NCBI GenBank assembly: GCA_036676805.1
Contig: JAKFCD010000056.1
Coordinates: 2,966 to 66,965, forward strand
Origin: Elusimicrobiota bacterium
GTDB taxonomy: Bacteria > Elusimicrobiota > Elusimicrobia > UBA1565 > UBA9628
Direction: 5' to 3'
Length of the DNA stretch: 64,000 bases
Shown here: in pieces, positions 38,012 through 46,980 of the stretch
Layout of the letters: the number at the start of each line of letters is the position of its first letter
Numbering within the stretch: position 1 is the stretch's first letter
Notes under the pieces: generated by a model
What the model was told of the DNA's origin: nothing
Databases searched by the model: none
Seen by the model: only the letters and a program-made list of their open reading frames with translations
Made by a program: the position numbers and the translations under genes

Positions 38012-39061
38012 TTAGGCGGACGCCTGTCGGCGCTTGCGGAGGTTGCCGAAGCCTAGTTCGGTGCGATACTGCGCGATGGAACGGAGTGAAAGCCGGACCT
38101 GGTAAAGGCGGTCGATCTTGCGGCCCAGTTCTTCATCCGTCGCGTCGGGATATTGGCGAACGAGATCGTGGAGGCGATCCCGGATCAGGGATTTACGGCT
38201 GGGAACGAGCGTCTTCATCGGCGCCTCAAGTCCCCACGGAAGCTGGATCGACTTGTTCGAGATCAGGCGGTTGAGGACGCTCGGCGTGATGTCGAGCTTG
38301 TCCGAGAGCTCACGCTGGGTCAGGGGACGGCGTTGTCCCGGTTCGCCGCTGACGAAGAACGGCGCCTGGGCCGCGATCAGCGCTTCGAGCACCCGGTAGA
38401 GCGTGCTCTTGCGGCGGTCCAGCAGGCCGAGGTCCCGGAGAAACCCCTCCAGGCGACGCGCCTCCGGAGCGGGAAGGTCTTCGAGCATTCTGCGGCTCTT
38501 ATCCTCGTCTACCTGATAGTATCCCTTCCAAATCTGGCGATTAAAGAAGGCGAGCCCAGGTTTCCCCTTCTCCACGGTTATCCCCGCGACCGCGCTGTAG
38601 GTCTTCGCGGGCGCGGCGGACGACGCGGCCCCATCGAACTCGGCTTGGACGTACAGTTTGTTGACCAACTCCCGCAGCCGCCCGGCTTCCTCTTTCGAAA
38701 TCCGGCATACGCGCGCGCGCTCGTCGTCCGTGTAGCCCTCGTCGCTCAGGAAGAACTCCTGAAAACGCTTCTCTCCGACCTTCTGGAGGAGCCGGGCGAG
38801 GTCCCCTTGCCCGTCGAGCGCCGGGACGCCGTCGCTGGCCGTGCGAAGGCCCCAGCCCCCGAACCTCTGGGCCATGAAGCCCGCACCGGCATAAGGCTGG
38901 ACCGAGATCACCTTGGCATGAATGAGGCGCCGAAAGAGAACGTCGGCCTCGAGTTCGCGCACCCGGCCCGCGAAGTCCGCTTCGGGCAGCTCCAAGAGGC
39001 GGGCCAGCTTGATGCCGACCTGGACGCTGCCCCGGCCCGAAGTCGAGGCCCGGAACGTCAT
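38012..39061 (-). CDS. Divergent, compact sigma-54 (RpoN)-like factor
   Basis: Region-I-like LARLLELPEADFAGRVRELE, HTH RPLTQRELSDKLDITPSVLNRLISNK, and RpoN-box variant SLRSIAQYR. Confidence 0.85.
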   Translation of the reverse strand: MTFRASTSGRGSVQVGIKLARLLELPEADFAGRVRELEADVLFRRLIHAKVISVQPYAGAGFMAQRFGGWGLRTASDGVPALDGQGDLARLLQKVGEKRFQEFFLSDEGYTDDERARVCRISKEEAGRLRELVNKLYVQAEFDGAASSAAPAKTYSAVAGITVEKGKPGLAFFNRQIWKGYYQVDEDKSRRMLEDLPAPEARRLEGFLRDLGLLDRRKSTLYRVLEALIAAQAPFFVSGEPGQRRPLTQRELSDKLDITPSVLNRLISNKSIQLPWGLEAPMKTLVPSRKSLIRDRLHDLVRQYPDATDEELGRKIDRLYQVRLSLRSIAQYRTELGFGNLRKRRQASA

Positions 39062-39267
39062 TTCCGGCGGCCGCCGCGCAACACCGACGCGTAAGAGGCG
39101 ATGCGCTCGGCCACCGAGCGCGCCTGCTCCTCCATGAGCCGCACGAGCTCAAGCTCCCTGTCCGTGGGCACGCCGTGCAGCTGCGTCGCGGCCCGTTTGA
39201 GGTTGGAGCACTTGGCAATGACGTCGTGACACAAGTCCACCAGTTCGTCGGCAGGATTAGTCGCCAT
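39058..39267 (-). CDS. Stand-alone HisKA/DHp-like small protein
   Basis: 69 aa; LCHDVIAKCSNLKRAATQL...LELVRLMEEQARSVAERI resembles an H-box two-helix hairpin; overlaps both neighbours. Confidence 0.5.
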   Translation of the reverse strand: MATNPADELVDLCHDVIAKCSNLKRAATQLHGVPTDRELELVRLMEEQARSVAERIASYASVLRGGRRK

Positions 39268-40615
39268 CGTTCTTGCTCCGATGCTTTCCGGTCCGCTTGA
39301 GCGACTTGTAGAGCAGGCCCGTGTCGATCTTCAAGTCGGCCATGACCTTGGTCTTGCGGCCCTCGTTGTCCGTCAAGCTGCGCTGGATCGCCCCGTCCTC
39401 GAAACGATTGACCGCGGCGTAGAGGCCGTTCTCGAGGATATAGCTGTATTGCTGCTCGGTCAGGAACTCGTCGGAGGACTGGCCCGCGCGGGTCGTCGCC
39501 AAGATTTGACGCGCCGCATCCGCGGTGACGCGCCCCGAATCGCCGCCCGCCGCCAAGTCCACGAATTTCTTGAGCTCGCGGACGTTGCCCTGCCAGTCGT
39601 GACGCAATAGCAGCTGTTTCGCATCCGCCGTGAACGACAGTCGCAGCCCGCCGCGGTTGAAGAAGGCGATCAGCGGGAGGATGTCGGCCTTTCGCCTGGC
39701 CAAGGGCTTGAGCTCGATGGTCAGGCCTTGGACACGTTGGAGGAAGTCGAAGCGCAGGCACCCCTTCTTGACGAGGTTCTGGAGGTTCTCCAAGGTCGCG
39801 CTGATGATCCGGAAGCGGGACTTCACGGCACTGTCCGCTCCGAGTGGATAGAAGGCCTTCTCCTCGATGGCCTTGAGAAGCTTGGTCTGCATCGCAAGGC
39901 TCATGGAACCGATCTCGTCCAAGAAAAGCGTTCCCCCGTCCGCCAGGAGGAGCTTGCCCTTGCGTCCGTCCGCGGCGCCGGTGAAGGCGCCCTTGCGGTA
40001 GCCGAACAACTCCGCTTCCAGCAGATCCTCCGTGTAGGCCGCGCAATTGATCGCGACGAACTGCCCTTTCCGTCCGGACCGGCCATGGATGACTTCGGCC
40101 AAGCTCGTCTTGCCGGTGCCGGAGGGCCCCAGGATGATGACCGGCAGTTCCGAGGCTGCGTACTTGAGGGTTTCGGCGACGTTGGCGCGCGTGGCCGCGT
40201 CCTCAGTGACGAACAGGTCTTGGAACAGGCGGTCCTCGCCGCTCTGCGGGCTCTTCCGGAGGAAACGCGCGATGACCGCGCCGACGTTCTCCTCCTCGTT
40301 TCCCTTGGCGTAGAAGTCGTCGCAGCCCAGCTCGTAGGCGCGCTCAACCACCGCCTCAGAGTCATGGCCGGACATGACCACGCAGTAGGCCCCCGCCTTG
40401 GCCGCCATGGGGACCAACTCCAGGCCGGACTTGTCGTCCGACTTGCCGCTGAGCTTGAGGTCGATGAAGCAGATGTCGTTGCGGCGGGCGCCGATCTTCT
40501 TGCGGCCGGCCGCCAAGTCCGAGGCGAATTCAACATCATGCTCGCTCAGCTCCCCCTTCACGAGTTCGCGAGCGAGCGGATCGTCCTCAATGACCAAGAC
40601 CTTGAGCTTTCTCAT
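39257..40615 (-). CDS. NtrC-family sigma-54-dependent response regulator (bEBP)
   Basis: REC (VIEDD, FIDLKL), AAA+ GPSGTGKT, ELFGYRKGAFTGA, FLDEIG, WQGNVREL and a C-terminal HTH. Confidence 0.95.
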   Translation of the reverse strand: MRKLKVLVIEDDPLARELVKGELSEHDVEFASDLAAGRKKIGARRNDICFIDLKLSGKSDDKSGLELVPMAAKAGAYCVVMSGHDSEAVVERAYELGCDDFYAKGNEEENVGAVIARFLRKSPQSGEDRLFQDLFVTEDAATRANVAETLKYAASELPVIILGPSGTGKTSLAEVIHGRSGRKGQFVAINCAAYTEDLLEAELFGYRKGAFTGAADGRKGKLLLADGGTLFLDEIGSMSLAMQTKLLKAIEEKAFYPLGADSAVKSRFRIISATLENLQNLVKKGCLRFDFLQRVQGLTIELKPLARRKADILPLIAFFNRGGLRLSFTADAKQLLLRHDWQGNVRELKKFVDLAAGGDSGRVTADAARQILATTRAGQSSDEFLTEQQYSYILENGLYAAVNRFEDGAIQRSLTDNEGRKTKVMADLKIDTGLLYKSLKRTGKHRSKNDGD

Positions 40616-40703
40616 GAGATTGTAATTCTACAGGAAATTCGCCCCGTTTAGCGATCAAGGGTGATGGATGCGACTTTCTCCTTGGGAATCCGAATGGCCG
40701 TGC

Positions 40704-40725
40704 AACAGCATGAAAATTGATCACT
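40704..40725 (+). promoter_or_regulatory. Shared motif copy A upstream of the rSAM operon
   Basis: AACAGCATGAAAATTGATCACT, identical over 22 nt to copy B. A weak GG-N10-GC (40696-40709) overlaps it. Confidence 0.7.
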
Positions 40726-40759
40726 TGAGAGTTGACGCTAGACACAACGCGAGGAAACG

Positions 40760-42778
40760 ATGATCGAGACCAACCCCGAAGCGAAAGTCCTGCTGGTCAG
40801 CATGCCGTTCGGCCCCCTCAACATGCCCTCGATCGGTCTTTCCCTGCTCCAAGCCTGCTTGAAGGACAAGGGCGTCGCGTCGCAATGCCTTTACATGACC
40901 ATCCCCTTCGCCAAGGCCATCGGCGCCGACCTCTACAACGAAATCACCTCCGGCAAGCCGGACTCGGCCGACATGCTCGGCGAGTGGATCTTCGCCGAGA
41001 CTTTGAGCCCCGGCCGCACCGACCCGGACGCCTACCTAAAGAACGTCCTACACGCCGGAGGCAAGAAGCCCGCCGACATCGATGCGATTTTCGCCAAGGC
41101 GCTTGGGGCCCGAGATCAGGCCGCGGCTTTCATCGAGCGCTGCGCCCGGGAAATCCCCTGGGGCCAATACCGCGTCATCGGCTTCACGAGCATTTTTCAG
41201 CAGAACGTCGCCTCTTTGGCGCTCGCCAAGCGCATCAAGGCCGCGCACTCCCAAGTCACCATCGTATTCGGCGGCGCGAACAGCGAGGGCGTGATGGGGC
41301 TTGAAATGCTCCGCAACTTCCCGTTCGTCGACGCGGTGGTCTCGGGCGAGGGCGAGATCGCTTTCCCCCAACTCGTCCTGCGCCTTTTGGAAGGCGAGTC
41401 CATTGAGGCCGTCCAGGGCGTCTTCACGCAGGCGAACTGCCGGCAGGCGTTCCCCCCGAACGCGCGACTCACCGCCCCGTCGCCCAAGACGATGGACGAC
41501 CTTCCCATCGTGGACTACGACGACTACTTCGGCCAGCTCCACGCCAGCGGCCTCGACATCACGCACGATCTCCGCCTCCTCTTTGAGACCTCGCGCGGCT
41601 GCTGGTGGGGCCAGAAATCCCACTGCACCTTCTGCGGCCTCAACAGCTCCAACATGGCCTTTCGCGCCAAGTCCCAAGAGCGCGCCTTGTCCGAGCTCGA
41701 AGGCATGCTCGCCCGCTATCCCGGCATCGAGGTCTCGGTCGTGGACAACATCCTCGACATGACCTACTTCCAGCGCTTCCTCCCCGCTCTGCGGGACAAA
41801 GGCGGAAAGTCCGACCTGTTCTACGAGGTCAAGGCGAACCTGCGCAAGGAGCAACTCCAGCTCATGCGCGAGGCCGGCATCACCAAGATTCAGCCGGGAA
41901 TCGAGAGCCTGAGCAGCGCCGTGCTCAAGTTGATGCGAAAGGGCACGACTGGCCTCCAGAACGTGCAGCTCATCAAGTGGTGTAAGGAGTTGAACATCAC
42001 CCCCTACTGGAACATCCTCTGGGGCTTCCCCGGCGAGGACGCGGCGGAGTATGAGAAGATGGCGCGCTGGATCCCCCTGCTGACTCACCTGCCGCCGCCC
42101 GGCAGCACCGCGCAGCTCCGCCTGGACCGCTTCAGCCCCAACTTCGACCAATCGGCGGCGCTGGGCTTCAAGAACGTCCGAGCGCGGTCCTCCTACGGCC
42201 ATCTTTATCCGACCTTCAGCGAGGAGTCTCTGCACAAGGCCGCCTATTACTTCTCCTTCGACTACCAGGACGGCCGCGACCCGCGAGGCTACGTCCGCTC
42301 GCTGCAGGACGCCGTCCAAACCTGGATCGGCGATTACCGCGAGAACGAGATGCTGTCCCTGGAAACCGAGGATGGGCTGCTCATCTGGGACCAGCGCGGC
42401 GCCGGCGAGCCCCGTCAATGGCTGCTGAAGGGCCGGGCGCGCGAGGTCTATGAGTCCTGCGACCAGATCCAGAGCGTGCGCGGCGTCGCCGCGCGCCTGG
42501 AAGCCTCCGGTAACGCGGAGTACGAGGCCGACATCGCCCGGCTCGCCCAGGCCATGGCGCGAGAAGGCCTGCTCCTCGAAGACAACGGCTTCTACCTCGC
42601 CCTCTCGATCCGCTTCGGCAACTACGCGCTGCCTGAGACCGTCCTGAGCCGTATCGCGACCGCGTTCGACCGCATGGGCAGCGGCGAACTCGATCTCTCT
42701 GAAGAAGCTCCGGGTCTGTACCACGTCCGGACGGCCGCCGCCGAGCCGCAATCGGCGCCGATCTGCGCTACGGCGTAG
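40760..42778 (+). CDS. RiPP-maturation B12-binding radical SAM enzyme (TIGR03975-like)
   Basis: LVSMPF...PSIGLSLL, GFTSIFQQNVASLALA, VFGGAN, ETSRGCWWGQKSHCTFCGLN, QPGIESLS, NILWGFPGE and LDRFSP. Confidence 0.92.
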   Translation: MIETNPEAKVLLVSMPFGPLNMPSIGLSLLQACLKDKGVASQCLYMTIPFAKAIGADLYNEITSGKPDSADMLGEWIFAETLSPGRTDPDAYLKNVLHAGGKKPADIDAIFAKALGARDQAAAFIERCAREIPWGQYRVIGFTSIFQQNVASLALAKRIKAAHSQVTIVFGGANSEGVMGLEMLRNFPFVDAVVSGEGEIAFPQLVLRLLEGESIEAVQGVFTQANCRQAFPPNARLTAPSPKTMDDLPIVDYDDYFGQLHASGLDITHDLRLLFETSRGCWWGQKSHCTFCGLNSSNMAFRAKSQERALSELEGMLARYPGIEVSVVDNILDMTYFQRFLPALRDKGGKSDLFYEVKANLRKEQLQLMREAGITKIQPGIESLSSAVLKLMRKGTTGLQNVQLIKWCKELNITPYWNILWGFPGEDAAEYEKMARWIPLLTHLPPPGSTAQLRLDRFSPNFDQSAALGFKNVRARSSYGHLYPTFSEESLHKAAYYFSFDYQDGRDPRGYVRSLQDAVQTWIGDYRENEMLSLETEDGLLIWDQRGAGEPRQWLLKGRAREVYESCDQIQSVRGVAARLEASGNAEYEADIARLAQAMAREGLLLEDNGFYLALSIRFGNYALPETVLSRIATAFDRMGSGELDLSEEAPGLYHVRTAAAEPQSAPICATA

Positions 42779-42810
42779 GAATAAAAAAACACGTCGCAAA
42801 GGAGAACCCC

Positions 42811-42960
42811 ATGAACCCGTCCCTTCCCGAGAGCAAGACCAAGATTCGCCTCAACAAAGAGGAGCTGCTCGCCAAGCTCTCGTCCGGCCCCGCCTCCGTC
42901 AACGGAATCGACAAATCGGGCCGCAACACCATCCACGTCAGCGTCGGCGTGGGAGCCTGA
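42811..42960 (+). CDS. 49-aa putative RiPP precursor peptide (below the ORF-track cutoff)
   Basis: AAGGAG SD then MNPSLPESKTKIRLNKEELLAKLSSGPASVNGIDKSGRNTIHVSVGVGA*, directly after the rSAM gene. Confidence 0.8.
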   Translation: MNPSLPESKTKIRLNKEELLAKLSSGPASVNGIDKSGRNTIHVSVGVGA

Positions 42961-42970
42961 ATTAAAGATG

Positions 42971-43009
42971 GTCGGGGAGGCTGGCCTTCGCGGGCCGGCC
43001 TCCCCGATC
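42971..43009 (+). terminator. Stem-loop between precursor and MFS genes
   Basis: GTCGGGGAG-G-GCTGGCC-TTCGCG-GGCCGGC-CTCCCCGAT; likely an mRNA stabiliser or partial terminator. Confidence 0.55.
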
Positions 43010-43031
43010 TCTTCCCCAAATTAACTATCTT

Positions 43032-44237
43032 ATGAACCTGAGCTACCGTCAAGAATTTCGGCGCCTCGTCGCGGGCTACGCCCTCTCCACCCTTGGGGAC
43101 GCGGGCGTAAGGATGCTCCTCGTCTGGATCACTTTGGAGCAACGCGGAGCCGTGGCGATGAGCGGCGTTTTCATCGCCGCCGCCGGGGCCTCCGTGTTCG
43201 GGCCCTATGCCGGGCGCAGCCTCGACCGCTACCCGGCGCGGTACATCCTGAGCGCGACCTGCGTAATACGCTTCGCCCTCATACTGGCTCTCGTCTTCAT
43301 GGATTCGCAGTCGATCGCGCGGTACGCCGTACTCTTCGCCTTCTTGAACGCGTTCTTCACCCTCGCCTTTGGGCCGGCCGTCGCTAAGACGATTCCCGCC
43401 ATGTTCACCCCGGATAAAATGCCCGAGGCAAACGCCTCATGCGGCGCCTCATTTCTCATCGCTTCGGCGGCAGGACCGGCGCTCGGCGGCGCCGTTCTTG
43501 CGCGTTTCGGGCCAAGCGAAGCTTGCGCGGTCTTCGCCGCGGTCCTCCTAGTCACCGCGCCTCTCTCGTATTTCATCGCCTTCCCGGTTGCAGCGGCGCA
43601 AGACGGCAAGGAGAAGATCGCGAGCGGCTACGCGGAAGGGTTCCGCATATTGGCGACGATGCCGGTCGTCCTCGTGCTCCTGGTCCTCGGCACAGCCCTG
43701 AACTTCGCGTTGGCGCCGATCAACGTGGCTCTCGCCCCGCTCATGCTCTCTCTCGGGACGGGCCCTCAGGGTTTCGGTTTCGCCATGGCCCTTTTCGTGG
43801 CCGGCGCCGTGGGCGGCAACTTCCTCGCGGGAAGACTTCTGAGGTCGGCAAGCTGGGAACAATCGGTCTTCGCCAGCCTGGGAGCCATCGCGTTCGGACT
43901 CGTCGCCGTCAGCGTGAGCCAAACTCCGGTCCAGGCCGCGATCGCCATCCTGGTCATCGGGACCGCCATTCCCTTCTTCCAGATCCCCGTCGCCACGCAG
44001 CTTCAGCGATTCGTTCCGTCCGCGAACGCGGGCCAGGTGTTCGCCTCGGTCAACTCCGTTACCCTCTTCGCGGCGCCGTTGGCGGCGGCGGGAGCCGGAG
44101 CATTGCTCAAGTGGTTTTCCCCGCCGCTCCTGTTCTCCGGGGCGGCGGTCTTATGCGCCGTGCTGTGTCTGGGTTGGGGGCTTTTTAAGCGACAGCAGGA
44201 AAGGGCGGCGCCTTTGCTTGACTCCAATTTCAGCTAG
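43032..44237 (+). CDS. MFS transporter (macrolide-efflux-like), probable exporter
   Basis: About 12 hydrophobic segments; GPYAGRSLDRYPAR motif-A-like; GPALGG. Confidence 0.88.
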   Translation: MNLSYRQEFRRLVAGYALSTLGDAGVRMLLVWITLEQRGAVAMSGVFIAAAGASVFGPYAGRSLDRYPARYILSATCVIRFALILALVFMDSQSIARYAVLFAFLNAFFTLAFGPAVAKTIPAMFTPDKMPEANASCGASFLIASAAGPALGGAVLARFGPSEACAVFAAVLLVTAPLSYFIAFPVAAAQDGKEKIASGYAEGFRILATMPVVLVLLVLGTALNFALAPINVALAPLMLSLGTGPQGFGFAMALFVAGAVGGNFLAGRLLRSASWEQSVFASLGAIAFGLVAVSVSQTPVQAAIAILVIGTAIPFFQIPVATQLQRFVPSANAGQVFASVNSVTLFAAPLAAAGAGALLKWFSPPLLFSGAAVLCAVLCLGWGLFKRQQERAAPLLDSNFS

Positions 44238-44253
44238 TCGGGAGTCGACGCGT

Positions 44254-44859
44254 TTACGGCTTCTTCAGGTTGGCGCGATAGTAGCGCAGCCAGAAATCGA
44301 GCTGTTCTCGGTAGCCGGCCTCGGCTTGCGCCAGTGGAACCGACTCCGAGACGTATGCTTCGTTCTCTTTCCGCGTCACTGCCGCGCCGAGAAGTCTCCC
44401 GTCGGCCGATATCAAGTAATACCGGAGCTGTTTCTTGCCGTTGACCCTGACTAAAGTCACCAGGATGATGTCGGTTTTTCCCCGTGCCGCGGTGACTGAA
44501 AATAGATTTGTCGAAGCCGCATCCGTCGCTTTGATGTTTTTGGCGAGGAAGGATTCGCCGTCGAAAGCAACGCCCAGCTTCCTCAAGACATCGCCGATGG
44601 ACTGCATTTCCGCACCGGACTTTTGAACGACCTCGATCAAGGTCGCGATAGCTTGAGTGGTCTCATCGGCAGGCGTCGATTGCGGCGCGGCCGGCACGGC
44701 GCTCGGAGCTTGCGGCATCGGGATGCCCCGCATACCGGCAAATCCGGCCTGCTCCAGGGCCTCGGTCTGTCCGCGCAACAGCGTTCCCGCATCCCGGACC
44801 TGGGCCGTCGCCGTCAACGGGAGAGATGCCAGAGCAACGATGAGAATAAAATGGTTCAT
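44254..44859 (-). CDS. Hypothetical secreted protein
   Basis: Signal-peptide-like MNHFILIVALASLPLTATA; GGAG SD. Confidence 0.6.
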   Translation of the reverse strand: MNHFILIVALASLPLTATAQVRDAGTLLRGQTEALEQAGFAGMRGIPMPQAPSAVPAAPQSTPADETTQAIATLIEVVQKSGAEMQSIGDVLRKLGVAFDGESFLAKNIKATDAASTNLFSVTAARGKTDIILVTLVRVNGKKQLRYYLISADGRLLGAAVTRKENEAYVSESVPLAQAEAGYREQLDFWLRYYRANLKKP

Positions 44860-45016
44860 GGTCGATGAGACTCCTTACACCCATTGTACTCGCCCCCAGG
44901 TTTGATCGCCTGGGCCGCAAGGGCACCGAGACAGCGCTATGGGCCCGCCCACAATGAGGGCCCTTTGGACGCCCTTTTCATTGCGAATTTCCGTGGCCGG
45001 GGTTATACTGCCAGGG

Positions 45017-46471
45017 ATGTTCAGAGCGGCCTATCTCCTGATCTCTCTCTCCATTTTGACGGCTTCTCCCGTATATTGTCAGAGCAATGTCATGGAGGAA
45101 TCGTTATCTTCGAATACGCCCCGCCTACAGGACATGCTTGAGGAAGACGACCCGCCGCAAGCGACGGAGCCCGCGCCGCTGAGGTCATCGGATCGCGCGA
45201 CCGAGCCTGATTCGACGCAGGCCAAGGTCCAAAACACGGGACAGGCGGCCGCGCTCGGGGTAGCCTCGGCCGCCGCGGCGATACGGGCCGCCCCGCCCGC
45301 TTCACGCGCTGCGGCCGTCAAGCCGCAAGCCGTCGCCGCCAAACTGGCGATTCGCGACGCTTTGACCCGCGGAGACGCCCCCGCCGCCGAGCGTCTTTTC
45401 ATGGAGGCGCTCGACCGTTTTCCCCACGATCGCGATCTGCGCGAGCTGAGAAACCAACAGACTCTGCGGCTGCACGACGAGAAAGTGCGAGCTATCTTTG
45501 GTCGAACGCTTACGGAGAGCCGGAAGCTGTTTGGCAGGCAATGGCTGCCGGGACAGTCCATGGAGGAAGGCGAGTGGAACATCGAGCTCCGAAAGGAACG
45601 TGTCGGCGTAGGTCGCGCGCTTAGGCCCGGTTCCAGCGCGGGGACGGCGCTCGTCAACGGCTATGCCTTGATGGACCGCGGCGACCCTATCCGGGCAGAA
45701 CAGGTCCTGAGCGGAGCCATCAAGAAGAACGGCAATTCGGCCCCGCTCTATTACGCGCGAGTGATGGCGCGCGGAATGTCCGGAAACCTCGAGGGAGCGG
45801 ACGAAGATTCGCTCAAAGCCGTCTCCTTAAGCCGCAACGAGCCTGCGACCTTGTCCCAAAGGGCGCTTTTGATGATGCTGGCGCGCCGCCGGGAGGAAGC
45901 CTTTGCCTGGGCCGACCGCGCCCTGAAGAGCGACGCCGGCGACGCGGACGCCCTTGCCATCCGAGGCCGATTCCTGTGGAGAGATCGCGGCAGCTACGAC
46001 CTCGCGCTCGCGGATCTCAAGCAAGCCGCGCGGATCTCCCCAGAACGATACGGAAACCTTTACCAGGAGGCCCAGAAGCGGTTCTACGGCCAACGGGCGC
46101 GCGGGGCCCTGGGCAAAGGCGACGACAAGCAGGCCCTGGAGGACGCGGACCGCGCCCTGGCGAGCGACGCCGGCGATGCGACGGCCCGAATGGTCCGAGG
46201 CGCGGTCTTCTCGCGGGCGGGCAAGCTGGAGGAGACGATCAAGGAAACGACTCTGGCCTTGAAGGCGGACCGTCGGTCGGCGGAGGCTTTGCTCTACCGC
46301 GGTATGGCCTACGAGACGATGGGCTATAGAGGGAGGGCACTGGCCGATTTCAAACGCGCGGCGGAGATTGAGCCGGTCAAATTCCGGCGGTTCTACGAGC
46401 GGCTCGTGCAGGCGCAACGCGAGGGTTCTCCTCCGCTCTGGTCGCGAGGTGGCGGCACAGCCTCGAAGTGA
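45017..46471 (+). CDS. Secreted tetratricopeptide-repeat protein
   Basis: Signal peptide from ATG 45017; multiple TPRs (ALLYRGMAYETMGYRGRALADFKRAAEIEP). Confidence 0.8.
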   Translation: MFRAAYLLISLSILTASPVYCQSNVMEESLSSNTPRLQDMLEEDDPPQATEPAPLRSSDRATEPDSTQAKVQNTGQAAALGVASAAAAIRAAPPASRAAAVKPQAVAAKLAIRDALTRGDAPAAERLFMEALDRFPHDRDLRELRNQQTLRLHDEKVRAIFGRTLTESRKLFGRQWLPGQSMEEGEWNIELRKERVGVGRALRPGSSAGTALVNGYALMDRGDPIRAEQVLSGAIKKNGNSAPLYYARVMARGMSGNLEGADEDSLKAVSLSRNEPATLSQRALLMMLARRREEAFAWADRALKSDAGDADALAIRGRFLWRDRGSYDLALADLKQAARISPERYGNLYQEAQKRFYGQRARGALGKGDDKQALEDADRALASDAGDATARMVRGAVFSRAGKLEETIKETTLALKADRRSAEALLYRGMAYETMGYRGRALADFKRAAEIEPVKFRRFYERLVQAQREGSPPLWSRGGGTASK

Positions 46472-46574
46472 CCTTGGGCATCGAAGGTAGGGGGCCTATC
46501 CGCGAATAGGCCAATAGACCCTCGTCCAACAAGGAACTCCAGGCTAAGCTTCTATATCGCCTTCAAGGCGACTC

Positions 46575-46670
46575 TGTAGCCCGGGGGATTGGCCCCGGGG
46601 TATCCACGATCCGACCGCAATCGGATGAAACCAGAGGCTTGGCACGCAGTGTGCCCAGGCCTTTGGTTTT
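46575..46670 (+). ncRNA. Candidate structured leader RNA, copy 1
   Basis: 38-nt block with 35/38 identity to 53332-53369 (minus), then hairpin ATCCGA-CCGCAA-TCGGAT, then a long stem AAACCAGAGGC...GCCTTTGGTTTT. Confidence 0.5.
46639..46654 (+). promoter_or_regulatory. Possible sigma-54 promoter (-24/-12) for the peptide gene
   Basis: TTGGCACGCAGTGTGC has a perfect TGGCACG and GG-N10-GC spacing. Caveat: it lies inside a palindrome. Confidence 0.5.
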
Positions 46671-46731
46671 CATATTTTCCGTACCGGCGAATTTTGGTAG
46701 ACTCATAACTTCACGGAGGTTCGATACAAAC

Positions 46732-46884
46732 ATGAACAAAAAGCTCCCGTTCCTCATCGTCGGCTATCTGCTGGGCGCGTGCGCTCTCGTGGCGTCCATT
46801 TCCGCCATGGTCTACACCAAAGCCTCCGTGGAAGTCGCTTCGAGTTCCGACAGCAACTGCAAGAACGGCGGCTCCGGCCTTTAA
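46732..46884 (+). CDS. 50-aa putative signal/RiPP precursor peptide
   Basis: GGAGG SD; MNKKLPFLIVGYLLGACALVASISAMVYTKASVEVASSSDSNCKNGGSGL has a basic-hydrophobic N-terminus and a Ser/Cys/Gly-rich C-terminus. Confidence 0.75.
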   Translation: MNKKLPFLIVGYLLGACALVASISAMVYTKASVEVASSSDSNCKNGGSGL

Positions 46885-46980
46885 ACCGTCGTATTCTTGT
46901 TCCGCCGATCCGCCCAGCAACGGCCATGGGGCCTATGCTGGGCGGCTATTTTCAACAGCCCCTTTGCCAGTGTCTCTCCC

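Noticed and set aside
40695-40710. Canonical sigma-54 promoter before the rSAM gene
   Set aside because: GG-N10-GC spacing is present, but both elements deviate (TGGCCGT, CAGC) and the other four motif copies lack it; kept only as a weak note.
42768-43142. 124-aa minus-strand ORF across the rSAM/MFS junction
   Set aside because: It is antisense to the SD-supported 49-aa precursor and the MFS start, and has no motifs.
46581-46600. GGGGGATTGGCCC resembling part of a SAM-I riboswitch
   Set aside because: The other SAM-I elements (AUC...GAU P1, GCAACC, GUGC-AA-UCC) are absent; no match by eye to c-di-GMP, c-di-AMP, cobalamin or TPP consensus either.
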